From assembly GCA_963676395.1 (NCBI GenBank), contig OY781066.1, positions 800,001 through 864,000 of the forward strand: DNA of 64,000 bases, written 5' to 3'. The notes beneath the pieces were generated by a model, which had not been told where the DNA came from, did no database searches, and saw only the letters and a program-made list of their open reading frames with translations. The position numbers and the translations under genes are program-made. Positions 62,083 through 64,000 of the stretch are shown one piece after another. The first letter of the stretch is position 1, and every line of letters begins with the position of its first letter. This stretch comes from a bacterium (GTDB lineage: Bacteria > Fidelibacterota > Fidelibacteria > Fidelibacterales > Fidelibacteraceae).

Positions 62083-63774
62083 TTACGATTTATGTATATC
62101 CTTAACGACCAATTGAATATTTCTTATTCCATTCCAATCATTGATAGTTGGCACAAAAGCGATATCTACATGTTGATTGGAATCCATGACCAATTCAAAT
62201 TTATCTAACATATTCCAGGCAATACAATTAATGGTTGTCCCATTTTCTTTTATCGCAAACTTCAAATGCCTATCTTTCAAAATAGTACTATGGTGGACTT
62301 GCACATTTTTAACAGAGAATTTAGGTCGCATATTCGCAGGGCCAAAAGGCTCCATATCCTGGAGGAAATCCATCAAATTCATATTGATCTCCGAGATCTC
62401 CAAATTGGCTTCAATCTTTAATATTGGCTCCAACATGTCCTGTTCAATATGATCTTCGGCATAGGCGAGAAACTTTTTTTCAAATGACGAAATATTATCT
62501 TCTAAGATAGTTAAGCCCGCAGCCATTTCATGACCGCCATAACCAAGAAGATCTTCGGAACAGGCAGCCAGCGCTTCGTGCAGATCAAATTTCTCAATAG
62601 AACGTCCAGAGCCTTTTCCTTCACCATCTTTCAATGCGATCAAGAACACAGGACGATTCACTTTATCTTTGACTTTTGATGAAACGATTCCTATCACACC
62701 CGGATGCCACGGCCCGGAAAGAACCAACGCTTTAGGAAGGGCCTCTCCATATTTCTCATTTACCTGTAGAAGGGCTTCTTCGGTAACACGACGCTCAACT
62801 ATCTGTCTCTCTTCGTTTTCTTTATTCAAGATCTGGGAATATTCCATGGCAATTCCCCGATCATCGGTTGTTAGAAGTGTAATTGCACGTGCAGCTGATC
62901 CCATACGACCTACAGCATTTAAACGAGGTGCAATACCAAATACAATATTGATCACACTTATCTTATTTGTTTCCATATTGCAGGCATTAAATAAGGCAAG
63001 AATGCCCAAACGACACTGACCCCGGCGAATACGGTTTAAACCTTCTCGAACAAAAGAGCGGTTTTCATCGATAAGCGGGACAATATCAGCGGCCGTTCCA
63101 ATAGCTACAAGATCAAGATATTCTTGAGCATGTTCATTATTATCATAAAGAACTTTACACAAGGCTTCGACTAATTTATAAACCACACCCGCTCCGCAAA
63201 GATAACGAAATGGATAGGTTTCATCTTTGCGTTTAGGATTTAAGATCGCCAATGCCTTGGGTAATGCATCATCTTGTTCATGATGATCCGTAATGATCAT
63301 ATCTATGCCCAGCGATTTTGCATAATCAACTTGTGAATGAGCTGTGATACCACAATCGGTTGTTATGATCAATTCAACATCCAATTCGCTGGCACGATCA
63401 ATCCCGTCCTCCGAAACCCCGTAACCTTCTTTTTCGCGCTCGGGAATATAATAATAAATATTTTCATTAAGTTTTCTTAAAAAGAGATATAGGATTGATG
63501 CCGAGGTTACACCATCAACATCGTAATCTCCATATACCATGATCTTTTTCTTTTCTTGACAGGCAGAAACCACAATATCAACGGCTGTTTGCATATCTTT
63601 CATTAAAAAAGGATCATAAAGCGAAACCTTTTCTTTATCAAAGTAAAGATCCAATGCATTTTTAGAACGCAAATCCCGATTAATTAATATGGATGTAAAC
63701 AAATAGGATAAGCCAAATGGCTTACTGAAATCGAGAACATCGTCCCCTGAGATGTTGGGATAAACCCATTTCAT
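62083..63774 (-). CDS. recJ: ssDNA-specific exonuclease RecJ
   Basis: YGDYDVDG, TDCGI, TDHH, GTAADIVPL, PRLNAVGR, GGHEMAAG. Confidence 0.97.
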   Translation of the reverse strand: MKWVYPNISGDDVLDFSKPFGLSYLFTSILINRDLRSKNALDLYFDKEKVSLYDPFLMKDMQTAVDIVVSACQEKKKIMVYGDYDVDGVTSASILYLFLRKLNENIYYYIPEREKEGYGVSEDGIDRASELDVELIITTDCGITAHSQVDYAKSLGIDMIITDHHEQDDALPKALAILNPKRKDETYPFRYLCGAGVVYKLVEALCKVLYDNNEHAQEYLDLVAIGTAADIVPLIDENRSFVREGLNRIRRGQCRLGILALFNACNMETNKISVINIVFGIAPRLNAVGRMGSAARAITLLTTDDRGIAMEYSQILNKENEERQIVERRVTEEALLQVNEKYGEALPKALVLSGPWHPGVIGIVSSKVKDKVNRPVFLIALKDGEGKGSGRSIEKFDLHEALAACSEDLLGYGGHEMAAGLTILEDNISSFEKKFLAYAEDHIEQDMLEPILKIEANLEISEINMNLMDFLQDMEPFGPANMRPKFSVKNVQVHHSTILKDRHLKFAIKENGTTINCIAWNMLDKFELVMDSNQHVDIAFVPTINDWNGIRNIQLVVKDIHKS

Positions 63775-63806
63775 AGTGTTCTCTCCAGCTGATTATTAAA
63801 AAGCTC

Positions 63807-64000
63807 AAAGCCGGTCGTAAGCCGAATTCTGTTATCCCGACATTCATCAGGACGATGACCATTTATCTGGTCGCCCCGTTACCGGGACGATCTTGCCACC
63901 ACCATGAAAGCATGACTCGAGCAAAGTGTTACTTTCATATTTGTGTTGCTCCGGATGGGGCTTGCCTAGCTTTCGATGTTACCACCGAAACTGGTGAGCT
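63807..64000 (-). ncRNA. rnpB: RNase P RNA (3' portion; 5' part lies outside the window)
   Basis: Minus strand contains the universal 3' motif ACAGAATTCGGCTTA (P4), AGATAAATG, and GGCAAGCCCC...GAGCAA. Confidence 0.92.

Overview
An AT-rich chromosomal segment from a diderm, LPS-making bacterium. An FCB-group lineage such as Ca. Marinimicrobia or Cloacimonadota is inferred from lptBC/kdsC/lpxH and a 'AYPNPFNP' C-terminal sorting domain; this is not proven. Most of the window is housekeeping: scpAB-recN-holB-rluB, pepD-gatC-pyrG-kdsC-lptC-lptB-rpoN-hslVU, nagB, lpxH-malQ, trkAH, a DUF134/NifX/MinD-ferredoxin cluster, recJ-pgpH-ybeY-corC-mazG, tRNA-Glu(TTC) and the 3' part of rnpB. Two very AT-rich defence islands stand out. 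(1) At 1-3937, a C5-methyltransferase is flanked by two different nuclease genes, one fused to a GHKL/MORC ATPase. (2) At 53362-56719 is a four-gene minus-strand operon: a cGAS/DncV-like (SMODS) nucleotidyltransferase ending in ...KPYGGR, a translationally coupled stand-alone E2-like protein, a SLATT two-TM effector and an RloA-like ABC ATPase without RloB. This E2-only CBASS-like variant is the best candidate for an undescribed system. A second unexplained signal is a 13-bp palindrome (AACCGAGTCGGTT) arrayed at an exact 25-bp period on both sides of lptC, including the gap where lptA would normally sit. All product calls come from motif recognition by eye; no database searches were run.
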